A DNA stretch of 63,273 nucleotides, filler included, from Octopus bimaculoides (GCF_001194135.2; 5 parts of 5 records of this genome joined end to end with filler, not necessarily neighbours in it), one strand, 5' to 3'. Counted from the first letter of the whole stretch, positions 1 to 11,328 are shown. Program-made: numbers and translations. The notes: generated from the letters alone by a model not told the origin.

Positions 1-243
1 TCTAGCATATCAAGTTTCCCTCAGTGTCTAATCCCAATGTGCACCTTTTTTAAAATTTATTTACGTTGTTTAGAAAATAAAAATTATTTTGTTCACAAAA
101 TTTAATTAAAAGAAAAAAAATGTATGAAGTTAACAAAAACAGATAGTGTGTTATTTTTATTCCTTCTACCTATCTACGTTGTTTAGAAAAGAAAAAAGTA
201 ATTTTAAAAAAATTATTTACTTTGTTTAAAAGAAATTATTTAC

Positions 244-425
244 TAATTTGCATACGCGCGCGCGCACACATGTATTCGTGCGCCCGCGCGCACTTTTCGT
301 AGGATCGACCACTCACGACTAGCTAGCGCGTTCGGGTCCGCTCTGCTTGAGTAGTACCGTGTAATTATGAGGACCATTTAGCTGCAATTTCTAACAGGTT
401 TAATAACCCCGTAGAAGTTCCCTCG
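244..425. promoter_or_regulatory. CpG-rich patch, candidate promoter/first-exon region
   Basis: Dense CG dinucleotides (cgcgcgcgcg, cgcccgcgcg, tagcgcgttcggg) in otherwise CpG-poor DNA, ATTTGCAT octamer at 246-253, minus-strand GTGAGT donor-like site at 316-311. The FAAH ATG exon starts at a splice acceptor, so an upstream non-coding exon must exist. Confidence 0.35.
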
Positions 426-1062
426 TTGCCAACTAAATTAGATATGATTTAACGATCCACTTACTTTTAGGGTGTTATTTAACCCCATGTCAACTCTCGT
501 CAAATAGACCTTTGATTAAAGATGTTCCAGCTGTGATTATCCCGTTAAGTTCCTTAAAATGCATGTAAGACCACATCGTCCATTGTGCATCTCATTTTTC
601 AAGTCAGTAGAATATGATTTGTGGGGGGGTTGACTGCTATTTGTAATTGCTCTTTTTGTTGAATGTTATTTATGTGGGCCACAATGAAAAAGTTGGACTA
701 GATGTTTTATTGCGTCTTATTGACTTTCTAATTGTTTTAAAGTTTAAATCTTGCTGGAGCTCACTCTATTTCTGTTCTCATTTTTGTTCCCTAGTTTGTG
801 AGATAAAGTACTAGCAACAGACAAGAGGACATTCTCTTGTTCAAAAATATTTTTGGAAATAAAATAGTATGTCGTCACTTAAGAAACAAATTTCATGCTG
901 TCAAACTCTGGCAATAATCAATAGTTGTATAGAATAGAAACATAAGATAAATATAAGCATTCAACAAAACAGGATAGTGCAGCTGTAGCTCTTAACATCA
1001 CATTGTCTCGTAGCTTTTCTATAAATTTGCAAAAGAGGTAAGTTAAATATTTATATATACAT

Positions 1063-1452
1063 AATGATGGAAACAGATCAGATGGTCTTGCCCTCTGTCC
1101 CTGGGTTAGAGGTCGGTGCCTCATCTGGGTTGCCACATTCTGTGACTCTTTTGCTCCCTCCCACATTCTGGATGCTGTAGTAAATGGGAGGGTCACTGCT
1201 TCTGTAGCCAAACAGAACAAAACCCTGAAGTATTGGGACCTGACACTGAATTATCTCTTCCAACCTGTGGCGTCTGAGACGTTTGAAGTGGGTAGGCCAC
1301 TAACCGTGAAGTTCTTGTCATCCTTGGCAACTTGGCTCACCGAGGTGTCGGGTGATGTTGGGGAGGGTGCTTGGCTTTTGCAATGCCTTAGCTTTGCCAT
1401 CGCCTGTGGTAATGCTGCGAGCGTGCTGGCTTGCTTCTGTGGGTTCCGTTGA
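1063..1452 (+). mobile_element. 3' fragment of a CRE-like non-LTR retrotransposon (restriction-like endonuclease domain), degenerate
   Basis: Open frame reads DGNRSDGLALCPWVRGRCLIWVATFCDSFAPSH...KYWDLTLNYLFQPVASETF...LQCLSFAIACGNAASVL. This matches the DGKRPDG..PW..G..L.WD / F.P.A.ET / QR.S.AIQRGNAAS pattern of CRE-type RLE domains. Catalytic PD and WD are changed to SD and WV. Confidence 0.8.
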
Positions 1453-3375
1453 TCTTTGTGGTGTGCGACCAATTGAAGTATTTGGACCTGCATTGATGCC
1501 TTTTTCTTCTCTTTCTTTTCTTTGCCTTACTTCTGTAAAAACTTATATGATGGAAGAAACATGACTATTGTTTAGGATTTGTATTTTAATGTGGCTTTAT
1601 ATTATTCATATATCATATACGTGTCGTATCTTCTATATTAATAAAAGCAAAATTCTGTCCGTCAGTTTGGAACCCCTCTATCTCAGTCTGGACATATTGT
1701 ACATTTTTGCACTCAGGTTGATCCCGGGATTGAAGATCTGCCCTTCATTTGATTCTTGAACACCCAGCATTGGGATCTGACTTAAAGCCATTTGGGCTGC
1801 TATTTCTAGCAAGTAAAGCGACCATGAGAGGTTTCAAATCTGTAGTACAAGAGTTACCTCCCTTAGCTTTAAGTTTTAATGTGGAATTTAGTGGGGAGGG
1901 GGGTTCGACAGTAGTCAGACTGTGGCCACGCTGGGGCACTGCCTTGAAGAATTTAAATCGAACAAATCATCATCAGTTCTTTCTTTTTTGTGCCTGGTAC
2001 TTTTTTTTATTATTCCCTTTTACCGAACCGCTAGGTTACGTGAATGTAAACACACCAACACCAGTTATCAAGCGGTGGTGAGGTACAAACACAGACACAA
2101 AACTACTATATATAAATACATATATATATGTATTTAAATTTTCAAAGAACTCCAAAAATTTGTGAACTCACAAGTTTTTCATTTAAACTGAATTTAAAGT
2201 AATACCATATTAGTAGGGTACCAATAAATGCTTTATTATAATTACTCTCTTTAGTTTTTGGACACAGGCCCGATTAGCCCCGCACAGGAGCTAGCTTAAA
2301 AGTCCACATGGAATGCAGCTTTTTAAGCCAGTATGTAATAAATCTCATATTGACTAAGTTAAATATCAATATCGACAGACATCTGAAAAGTATAGACACC
2401 ATATTTTTGAAAGGTTAATTTCTAGAAACAAAATGTCATTTGATGCTATTAAAAACTGCACAAAGCAGTTTTTAATGATTTGACTCTGTTAGGCATTGAA
2501 GTAACGCGTTAGGTCTGCACAAAGGGCAATTACTTTAGGATGTTTAGTTAACTTAATTTCTAAAAACACTTAAAATGTTTCCTAAAAATTTTTACAATGT
2601 GATCTGCAACAAGATGAAGGCAGTTGCATTTTTACGAAGAAATGACCTTTTAGATGGTGGAGAAAATGTTGCACCATGTCATTGTTGTGGTAGAGAAGTG
2701 AAAGAAACTTGAAAAAAAAAAAAAGGGTGAAATGGTGAAATTTTGCTAATTTTGTGTTGCAAAACTTGCAGCTGCCAATCTTGTGTGATTTACGTGCTTA
2801 TTTTAATTATTATGTTGTTTAGCCTTGGTTTCTTATTATTTACTAAGACCTAAATGAAACCTGATTTTATTATTATTATTATTATTATTATTGAAACAGT
2901 AAGAACTTTGAAAGAATATATTTACAATGCTAAGTATGTACGAAAGAGTTTATTAAAAATTTGCATAGCAATTTGGTAATAAAGATGAAATACAAATTTG
3001 AATAATTTTAATGATGAATTGTGTGAACAGTTGCTCGAAATGCGTGAACAGCCTAAGGATTTTAAGAAATTGGAAAGTAAACTAACATGTCATCTAAACT
3101 AAGTTGTAGGTCACAGGCCAAAGTAGCATAAATAAAGTATACAGTGACAGATGTCTGTTTACTGTCAGTGTAAATTGATCTTATTGTCACACAAATAAAT
3201 TTTATTTCAGTTCATATTTCTTTGTAATACTTTTGGTGCAATCTCATTCTGTATTGTAAAGTTTAGTTTGCACTACTTAATTCCGGTAGAGTAATAAGAA
3301 TTAGTTGAACAGAAGTACTTCACAATGGTAATGCTATCAGAAATGAAAAGAAAAATGTATATATTTATACACTAT

Positions 3376-3560
3376 CATCATCTCCATTTTAACGTCCACT
3401 TTTCAGTGCTTGCATGGGTCAGGTGGATTTTTCCATGGTCAGATGCTCTTCATGTCCTCAACCCCCACTTTTATTTTCACAGAAGATTGGAAACAAAGGC
3501 GACTGCTTGCATGACAGTGACACTTGCTTGCAAACTGCATGCAAAATCATGGCTAGGAGA
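3376..3560 (-). mobile_element. Copy of abundant interspersed repeat (RTE-like 3' end with (GAT)n tail)
   Basis: catcatctccattttaacgtccacttttcagtgcttgcatggg...gatgctcttcatgtcctcaacc, shared with copies at ~5270-5480, 6598-6840, 8788-9070, 10150-10348 and 17030-17255. Confidence 0.6.
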
Positions 3561-3699
3561 CAGTAAAACACACACATATGGCTTGCTTCTTTCATCTACC
3601 AAATCCATTAACAAGGCTTTAGTTAATCCAGATGTACAGTAGAAGATGAAACTAAACTTGAGACCATTTTGGTTAGGAAACAGACTTCTTACTGCTCTG

Positions 3700-4430
3700 C
3701 TACCTGGACACGTTAGCAGTGTAACTTGAGGTTATTGGATGTTTTGAGTCTTTCAACAGTCAGACATCCTCACTCAGGCAACCCACCCAGGGTTGTTCAA
3801 ACCCCAGCTTATGTCCCTGTAGCTGTACCCACAGTAGTTCTACTCCCTCCACGGTTTCCATCTGATTCACTGCAATTTTTGGAATGGCATCTGCTGCTTT
3901 GGTAGCCAAATGTTGACCTTCAGCCAACTGGCCTCTATGATGCCCAGTATGTTATACACTTAACAGAGGAATTGATCTGAAAATTCTCATTAAGATCACA
4001 CTTTGTTCCTCATTAGCAATGCATGTATTCCTCCCTTTCCTTTCCTTCTTCAATATGGTCCTCCCAGAGAATAAAAATCACTTACTCGAACATTTCCAAG
4101 ATTAACACCATGTCCGGCTTTTGTGATTATGAAGCAACAATCTTTGGGAAATTCCGTTTTTTCCCCTTGTCAACTTTCAGCTTCCAGTCTTGTACCTTTG
4201 TTAGTAGGTCACATGAGGTAGCTGTAGCAGTTGATATCAGCTTCATTCAAGCCTTGATGAAAACGACGGTCTTCTTCATTGAGCAGAGGTACTTACAGTG
4301 GCTAATCCTACTGAAGATAGTGTCCTCTGTGGCCTTCAACAATCTAGACATGGTACTAATGGTAGTGCCACTTACCGAGGCTTTCGGACATCTGCTGGGG
4401 ATCAATTGGAGCTCTCATAGTTGTAACTTA
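3700..4430 (-). mobile_element. 3' fragment of a Hero-like RLE non-LTR retrotransposon
   Basis: Minus strand gives QDWKLKVDKGKKRNFPKIVAS*SQKPDMVL...WEDHIEEGKER and VYNILGIIEAS, which fit the Hero-type DW...DL..QL.FP...RPD...PWEE..EEA.ERK pattern. A 3' UTR resembling Hero (…caaccctgggtgggttgcctgagtgaggatgtctgactgttgaaagactcaaaacatcc…) follows. Stops and frameshifts present. Confidence 0.7.
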
Positions 4431-4964
4431 CAGTGCTAGTTATGTATCTATTTAATTCCATTTAATTATCACCTCTGCCTTAGCGAAGACAGAGTTATTA
4501 TTTTCAGTCATATTTGTTTGTTTGTTTGTCCATAGACAAAATATCTCAAGAACTGCTTGATGGATTCAGATAAAATTTTCAGGGATGTTTGGCCCCATGA
4601 CTGGCTAGAAGTGATTAGATTTTGGGATCGATCCAGTACCAGACAAGGATTCTGAATTACTTTTTCGTTTTTTTTTTACTTAATTTTTGAAAGCGATCGG
4701 GTTCATTTTTAGTATTCTCGTTTGTGAGAGCAGTCAAGTTTATATCAAATATTCTCATTTTAAAAATCATCTCAGGCTAATGGTTGAGAGGATGTTGATG
4801 TTGCCTTGGCGGGGGTTTGTGCTCTCTGAGTGCTCTTATTTATCTATTTTAAAATTTGTCTACTCAGGTTTGTCAGTATGAAATATATCCTTAGGTTATC
4901 TTCTTTTCACACCTCCTCCACTCATGCTTGTTTTATTTTTATGTCTGTTTATTTTCAGTGAGAC

Positions 4965-5216
4965 ATGGAAAACGTACTTCGTAAATACTGCCAGCTATAT
5001 ATACCTGCAGAGGTATATCCTTACATAGAACCAGGTATATATGCAATCCTGTTGGCATCAGGTGGTGCTTTTCTGGTAAGTTTTATCAAACGAGTACACA
5101 TGCACCTGAAAGTTAAGGCAGCCGTAAAGGATGCCCGCAATAAACGTGCAGAACAACTAAAAGCATTGAAAGAGAGGTTACAGAAATCAAGTGTGAGTAT
5201 TTGAAATACAGGTCTA

Positions 5217-5256
<40 letters not shown>

Positions 5257-7218
5257 CCTCTCCCAAGATTCCACACAAGCCAGGAGGCTGCACCAGGCCC
5301 TAATCTGATCTGGCAGTGTTTCTACAGCCGGGTGCCCTTCCTAACGTCAACCACTCCAAGAGTGTAGTGGGTGCTTTTTACATGCCACCGGAGCAGAAGC
5401 CAGTTAGGGCGGCACTGGCATCAGCCATATTCGAATGGTGCTTTTTATGTGCTACCGGCACGGGGCTCACAACTACAATTTCCATTTGATTTGATTTTGG
5501 TATTGCTGATGTTGATGTACTTGACTCAATAGGTCTCCTCAAGCACAGCATATCACTCTATGATCCAAAGTACTTTTAAATGGGCTGGTTATGTGGCACT
5601 GGTGTAGGTTACATCTGTGGACTCACTTTATTTGCCGGGTCTTCTCAGTCACTGCATACCTCCAGAGGTCTCGTCTTTTGTCATTGCCTCTGTGAGGCCC
5701 AACGTTCGAAGGTCATGCTTCACCACCTCATTCCATGTCTTCCTGGGTCTTCCTCTACCCCAGTTCCATGTTTATTTTATCAACCATGAGATGATAAAAA
5801 GCAATGTCAACCACTTGGTGAGATTTTGAACTTTGTAACATAAGAGGCTGTAATTAATTATAGCCAGAATTTTCTCTGGTGTTAGACTGATTCTGTCATT
5901 GACCAGACTCCTTAATTACAAATAATAATTAAATCCATATTCGTTAGTCTCAATAAAAAGATCAGTATCTTAGCCTCATTATCATTTATAAGTTCTTAGG
6001 CTTTGTAAATATTAATCTGGTATATCCCAATTGAAATGCTAGCATGATCTGTTGTGCTACATCGTTTACTCCATAAGGGAACTAAAAATTTATTCTAAAT
6101 ATGAAATGGTGAATCATTAAACTGCAGATAAGAAACTCTTGCGCTGGCAGGAAGGCCTAAACATAGTCACAATCCCAAAACAGAAAATAATATTTAAAAT
6201 GTTGAAATGCTGTTCTTTTTGGTGGGGGTTTCTTCCTTTTAATTTTCATACAAGACCTTTTTTTTTTGTTCATGTCTTTCAGCTAACAGAAGAAATGAGA
6301 ACCAGAATTCTATCATTAGATGTTGTTGAACTCCAGAAGCAACTCAAAGATCGTTCATTAAAAGCAATTGATGTTCTTCAAGCTTATCAGTACAAGGTTG
6401 TTGTTTTTTTTTATTTTATATCTCTTTTTCTGGGGGTTTTTTTAAACCTTTCTTTGATTGTATTTTTTATGTTTCATTGTAAAACAAGTTTGAAAGATGC
6501 ACTACTGAAATTTTGAATCCTTCTAAGAAGAACCTCCACCTATTATCGGCTGGCATTCTGAAAGGTAGGTTATGTGCAATGATTACTGGTAATTTATCAT
6601 TATCATCATCATCATTTAATGTCAGCTTACCATTCTGGCATGTGTAGGATGGTTTGGCAGGGAACCAACCAGCTGCAGGGTTGCATTGAGCTCCAGTGTC
6701 ATCCTCAGCATGATTTTTCCAACAGGATGCCCTTCCTAATGCCAACCACTTTACAGAGTGTACTGAGTCCTTTTTTTGTGCTATTCACACTAGTGAGTTT
6801 GCCATGTAACTTGCAACACAGACAAGAACAGGAAAATGGTTACAAAAATTAGAAGTAATACATTTCTAAATCTCTCAAGAGAGACTTAAGCACTGAAATA
6901 GTATATCTTTGCGAGAGGTAAACAGACTTTTTCAAACAGCCAGTCGTGCTACTTCAGGCTGATGATGAGCAAAGACTCAGAAACATGTCCCTGAATGCAG
7001 GCTAGGCTGGGTGGAGGAGTTTGTCTCCCCCTCGCAAAGATAAAAGGACACAGGAAATGTGTCAAGGCCAACAGGAAGCGGTCCAGCTTCCTAGGGCTAA
7101 ATAGCAGTAGTATATTCCCTTATTGGGACTGTCACGTTAAGTTGGCAGTATACAACTACTTTATCGCATCACTACTGCTTAAGTCTCTCTGAGAGATTTA
7201 GAAATGTATTATTCTAAT

Positions 7219-7250
<32 letters not shown>

Positions 7251-10200
7251 TTTCATTGCTGGAAGATATCCACCCATCACCATAATTGTTGACCTTAACA
7301 GATTATTGTCTTAATCGTTAAAGTTGCATACAAATTGCTGTACAATATTTTGCTATGTACCTTTACATTCTGAATTCATTTCCTACTGTAGCTGACTTTC
7401 TTTTATGCTCATGCTGGGTAAGGACAAAAACAAAATTATGTACCAGTAATACACTGAAAACTGAGTTAAATAACTGTACTTATCTGCTCAAAATTACTGT
7501 CTTTTTGCTAATATTATAAATAAATATTTAGTGATTAACCTCTGGTTTTCTACCTCAGGCACTTGAAGCACAAGAGAAAACCAATTGTTTAATTGCAGTA
7601 ATTCCTGAAGCTGAGGTAAGAAACTTGGCCTGTTCTTTATGCAGACATCAATGTGTATTTTTATGTGTTTTTATATATATTGTTCGTTGTTTTTTTAAGT
7701 CTTCTATATGTTATATGTAGTATTTTGCATCCACAGTTACTTCAAGTGTATTTTGTGTATGCCACAGATATATTCCCTGCCACCTATATATTGTTTACTG
7801 TTTTTCTTTCTGTGTACACATACACCCCCCCTCTCCCTCTGTATTCTTTTATTCTTTTACCTGTTTCAGTCATTTGATTGCGACCATGCTGGAGCACCAC
7901 CTAAGCTTGAATGCAAAAAAAATTTTAACAATTTTGGTTCTCTTCCCAGGAATTAGCACTGAAGTGTGATTCTCTGCCATCAGTGACAAAACCTCTTCAC
8001 GGAATCCCAATTAGTCTGAAAGAAAATATAATCTACAAGGTTGGTTTCTTCTTTGAACTGCAGTTCATGTATTTTCTCATTTTACCTTAAACTTTTCTCT
8101 GTAACTGTGGCAATCATTAACTCTCTTCCCAGTTTCACCCCAATTACTCCTATCCTCTCTTCTATAATATAAGTAACCATGTAACGCCTCTACAGCAAGA
8201 AACCTGGTTTTTGCAACTAGCAAATTCTAGGTTTACAGTTTTATAAATTAAATTGACCACTAAAGGTCAAATAAGCAACAGACTGACTAAGAAAGTAAAA
8301 AAGCTTGAGTAAGGCTTATGAGCAAAGACATTCCACTTATGATCATCCAGTCAGTTTGTATATCAGGGACTATGTTGCTATAGCAGTAAGGTTTGAGAGA
8401 GATTTGGTTGCTATTTATAACAGGTCAGCTGACCATGTAGCAGCTCTGTTGTTGACTAGTGAAATTAACTTGAATGTTTGTTGCTTGACCTTCTTATAGT
8501 AACTGATCTGGGTTTTTTGTTTTTTTGTTTTTTTGCATCCAATTAGGGACTTTACTCAACCAACGGTTTAGGTTCCAGGCTGTTGAACCCACCTTCTGCA
8601 CGTGATTCAAATCTTGTTAAGGTATGTTTTATTTTTATACTCAAAAAATTCTTCAGCCAATTTTAGCAATCTCAGGACCACAATGCAGTTGTGGTAGTGA
8701 AAAGTGAGGGCTTAACCTATTTGATGTCTTTCTTTCTTTCCAAGACTGACTCTAATCCTAAAACACAAAGCTGCCTCCTCCTCATCATCATCATCATTTA
8801 ACCTCCACCTTCCATGCTGGTGTATGTTGGACAGTTTGACAGGAGCTGCCCAGAGAGAAGACTGCACAAGGCTTCAGTGTCTGTTTTTGGCATAGTTTTT
8901 ACAGCTGGATGCACTTCCTAACACCAACCACCCAGCAGAGTGGACTGAATGTTTCATACGGGGCACCAGCACAGGCAAAGTCAGTTTTGGCATGGTTTTT
9001 ACAGCTGAATGCCCCTTCAAACATCAACCATTTTATAGTGTGGGCTGGATGCTTTTTACATGGCACCAGAAATGTTTTAAAATAATTGCATTTAAATTAA
9101 AACTTCTGTCATGTTTTTATGTAATAATGTTATGTTCTAAATCCTAATTTTATAACAGATTTATTTATTTTATCAAATCCTTTCGAAGTCTTGAAATGCT
9201 TGGTGGTGGTTGGTGCAGTGTGTCCTCATTTTATTGTTAGCTTTCTAATTTGTTTTTTTTCTTTCTTTCTTCCTCATTATTTCTATCCTTTCCATCTTTT
9301 AATTTCTTCAAAATGTATTGGTCTTTGCCTTTCCTTTGGATAACATCAGTGGCATGGAGAGGAGGCGCTGGTATGCATGGGTGACTGCTGGTCTTTCACA
9401 AACAACCTTGCCCTGTCTTGTGTCCCACAGGGGAACTTCCTAGGTGCGATCGTACACACTTCATGACTGAATGAAGTCTTTATTGAGCACTATACAATAA
9501 GCTATACAATTAGTGCTATTATTTTTTCCTGAATTCATTACTATTGTCTGGTGCAATTAAATTGATGTTGAACATTTATAATTTCTATTTCAGTGCCTGA
9601 AAGAACTTGGTGCTGTTCCATTTGTCACAACAAATGTACCACAGACTTTGATGAGGTGAGCCATCATTAATTCCTTGGAGCTATATTATAGTCTTCTTTC
9701 CAGTCTTCAACCTTCTATTTACATATCATATCTTGTATGAAATATCCTTTATTTCAAGCTAAAGAGAAAGCATTTATACAATTGCTTAACCTGCTTCAAC
9801 TTAGCCAGAAATTTTTAGGCTTTATTGATTAAACCAATCCTTGTACTTGACTGGTATTTATTTTATCATGCCTGGAAAGATGAATATCAAACTTGGCCTT
9901 AGCAGAATTTGAACTCGGAACATAAACTGCCTCAAGGCATTTTTTTCTGGTGCTCTACTGATTCAACCAGGACAAATATTTTAATTGCTTCTGTTTGTTT
10001 TTATCAGTTGTTGGGATTTTTAGAAATGCATGGTTTGTACATGAGTAGCTTAGAGTTTCCAAGAAATCAATTCTGGCCTTGGATAAGGACAATTCCAAAG
10101 CAGCAGGCATCAAACTAGAAATACAAAACTTTATTTCAAATATTGAACAATAGAAAAGCTCCAATCTGATCTGGCAATGTTTCTACAGCTGGATGCCTTT

Positions 10201-10349
10201 CCTAATGCCAACCACTCCGAGAGTTTAGTGGGTGCTTTTTACGTGCCACCGGCATGGGAGCCAGTCAGGCGGTACTGGCATTGGCCACATTCGGATGGTA
10301 CTTTTTACTTGCTACTGGCACAGGAGCCAGCCAGAGCTGGGGTACTGGC

Positions 10350-10382
<33 letters not shown>

Positions 10383-11059
10383 TAGTATCTCAAAGAAATA
10401 TGTACAGTCCTAAAAAATTTCACTAAAATTGCCATTATTCTGAGAATATCGAAGCAAATCAAATGAAATTTATACTGAATAAAATGTATTATACATGCAA
10501 ACCTTATACAAATTTGGAACACAAAACAATAAACATTTTCAAAGATATGAATGAAATATTAATTTTCAAGTGCTATAGCAAATGTTTATTGTCTTATGTT
10601 TCAAATTTGTATAATGTTTGCATGGATGATATATTTTATTCAGTATAAATTTCGTTTGATTTCCTCCAAAATTTTCAGTGTAATGTCAATTTAACTGAAA
10701 TTTTTTAGGGGTGTACATACTTCTGTAAGATACTGTGTGTGCATGTGTGTGTGTCACTACAGTAGAATGAATTCATGGATAATTGCTTAATTGCTTGCAT
10801 TTATTTTTATCAATTGTTTTTAACTTTTGTGTATTTATATTTTTCTTTGCAGTATCTCATGCGATAATAATATTTATGGACAGACTAGTAACCCACATAA
10901 AGCTGATCGTTGTCCTGCAGGGTCCAGTGGAGGAGAAGCAGCTCTCATAGGTTATGGTGGATCAATTTTGGGTATAGGATCGGATATTGGTGGTAGCATT
11001 CGCTGTCCAGCTCACTTTTGTGGTATTTATGGATTAAAAACAACTATTACTCGTATGGG
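4965..11059 (+). CDS. FAAH: Fatty acid amide hydrolase (amidase-signature family), 5' part only; coding exons 4965-5192, 6283-6396, 7559-7615, 7950-8039, 8547-8621, 9594-9655, 10853-11059
   Basis: All introns are GT-AG and phase-consistent (0,0,0,0,0,2, then a phase-2 donor at 11060). The spliced ~277 aa product has an N-terminal hydrophobic anchor ([18 protein letters not shown]), [12 protein letters not shown] (catalytic Lys), [34 protein letters not shown] (cis-Ser), [24 protein letters not shown] (nucleophile Ser). Confidence 0.95.
5270..5480 (-). mobile_element. RTE-tail-like interspersed repeat copy (FAAH intron)
   Basis: ggctgcaccagg…ctgatctggcagtgtttctacagccgggtgcccttcctaacgtcaaccactccaagagtgtagtgggtgc, near-identical to 10150-10348 and 6598-6840. 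Confidence 0.7.
6846..7220 (+). mobile_element. Non-coding 375-bp element with ~46-bp terminal inverted repeats carrying a hammerhead ribozyme (retrozyme / non-autonomous Penelope-like candidate)
   Basis: Left arm 6846-6892 (aaattagaagtaatacatttctaaatctctcaagagagacttaagca) equals the reverse complement of the right arm 7176-7220 except two 1-nt indels. The interior is strongly self-complementary, contains a hammerhead core and has no recognisable coding capacity. A (TA)n run follows at 7221. Confidence 0.75.
6953..6995 (+). ncRNA. Type I hammerhead ribozyme (minimal stem III)
   Basis: Stem I TTCAGG 6953-6958 / CCTGAA 6990-6995; core CTGATGA 6959-6965; stem II TGAG 6966-6969 / CTCA 6976-6979 with loop CAAAGA; GAAA 6980-6983; stem III AC-AT-GT; GUC triplet 6987-6989 (predicted cut after C6989). 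Confidence 0.85.
10150..10348 (-). mobile_element. RTE-tail-like interspersed repeat copy (FAAH intron)
   Basis: gctccaatctgatctggcaatgtttctacagctggatgcctttcctaatgccaaccactccgagagtttagtgggtgc…, same family as 5270-5480. Confidence 0.7.
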
Positions 11060-11105
11060 GTAAGTCTGTGAAATGTTTTCCACAACCCTCTTGATTCTAT
11101 AAATC

Positions 11106-11289
11106 TCTTTTACTCTTTTACTTGTTTCAGTCATTTGACTGCGGCCATGCTGGAGCACCGCCTTTAGTTGAGCAAATTGACCCTGGGACNNNNNNNNNNN
11201 NNNNNNNNNNNNNNNNNNNNNNNNNNNNNNNNNTTAATTAATTAANNNNNNNNNNNNNNNNNNNNNNNNNNNNNNNNNNNNNNNNNNNN

Positions 11290-11328
<39 letters not shown>

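Noticed and set aside
7066-7100. Twister-ribozyme-like GCGGTCCAGC loop in the TIR element
   Set aside because: It lacks the conserved UAA cleavage-site loop and I could not build the pseudoknots.
11234-11245. Recurrent TTAATTAATTAA as a biological motif
   Set aside because: Always centred in an exact 100-bp N spacer, so it is an assembly linker.
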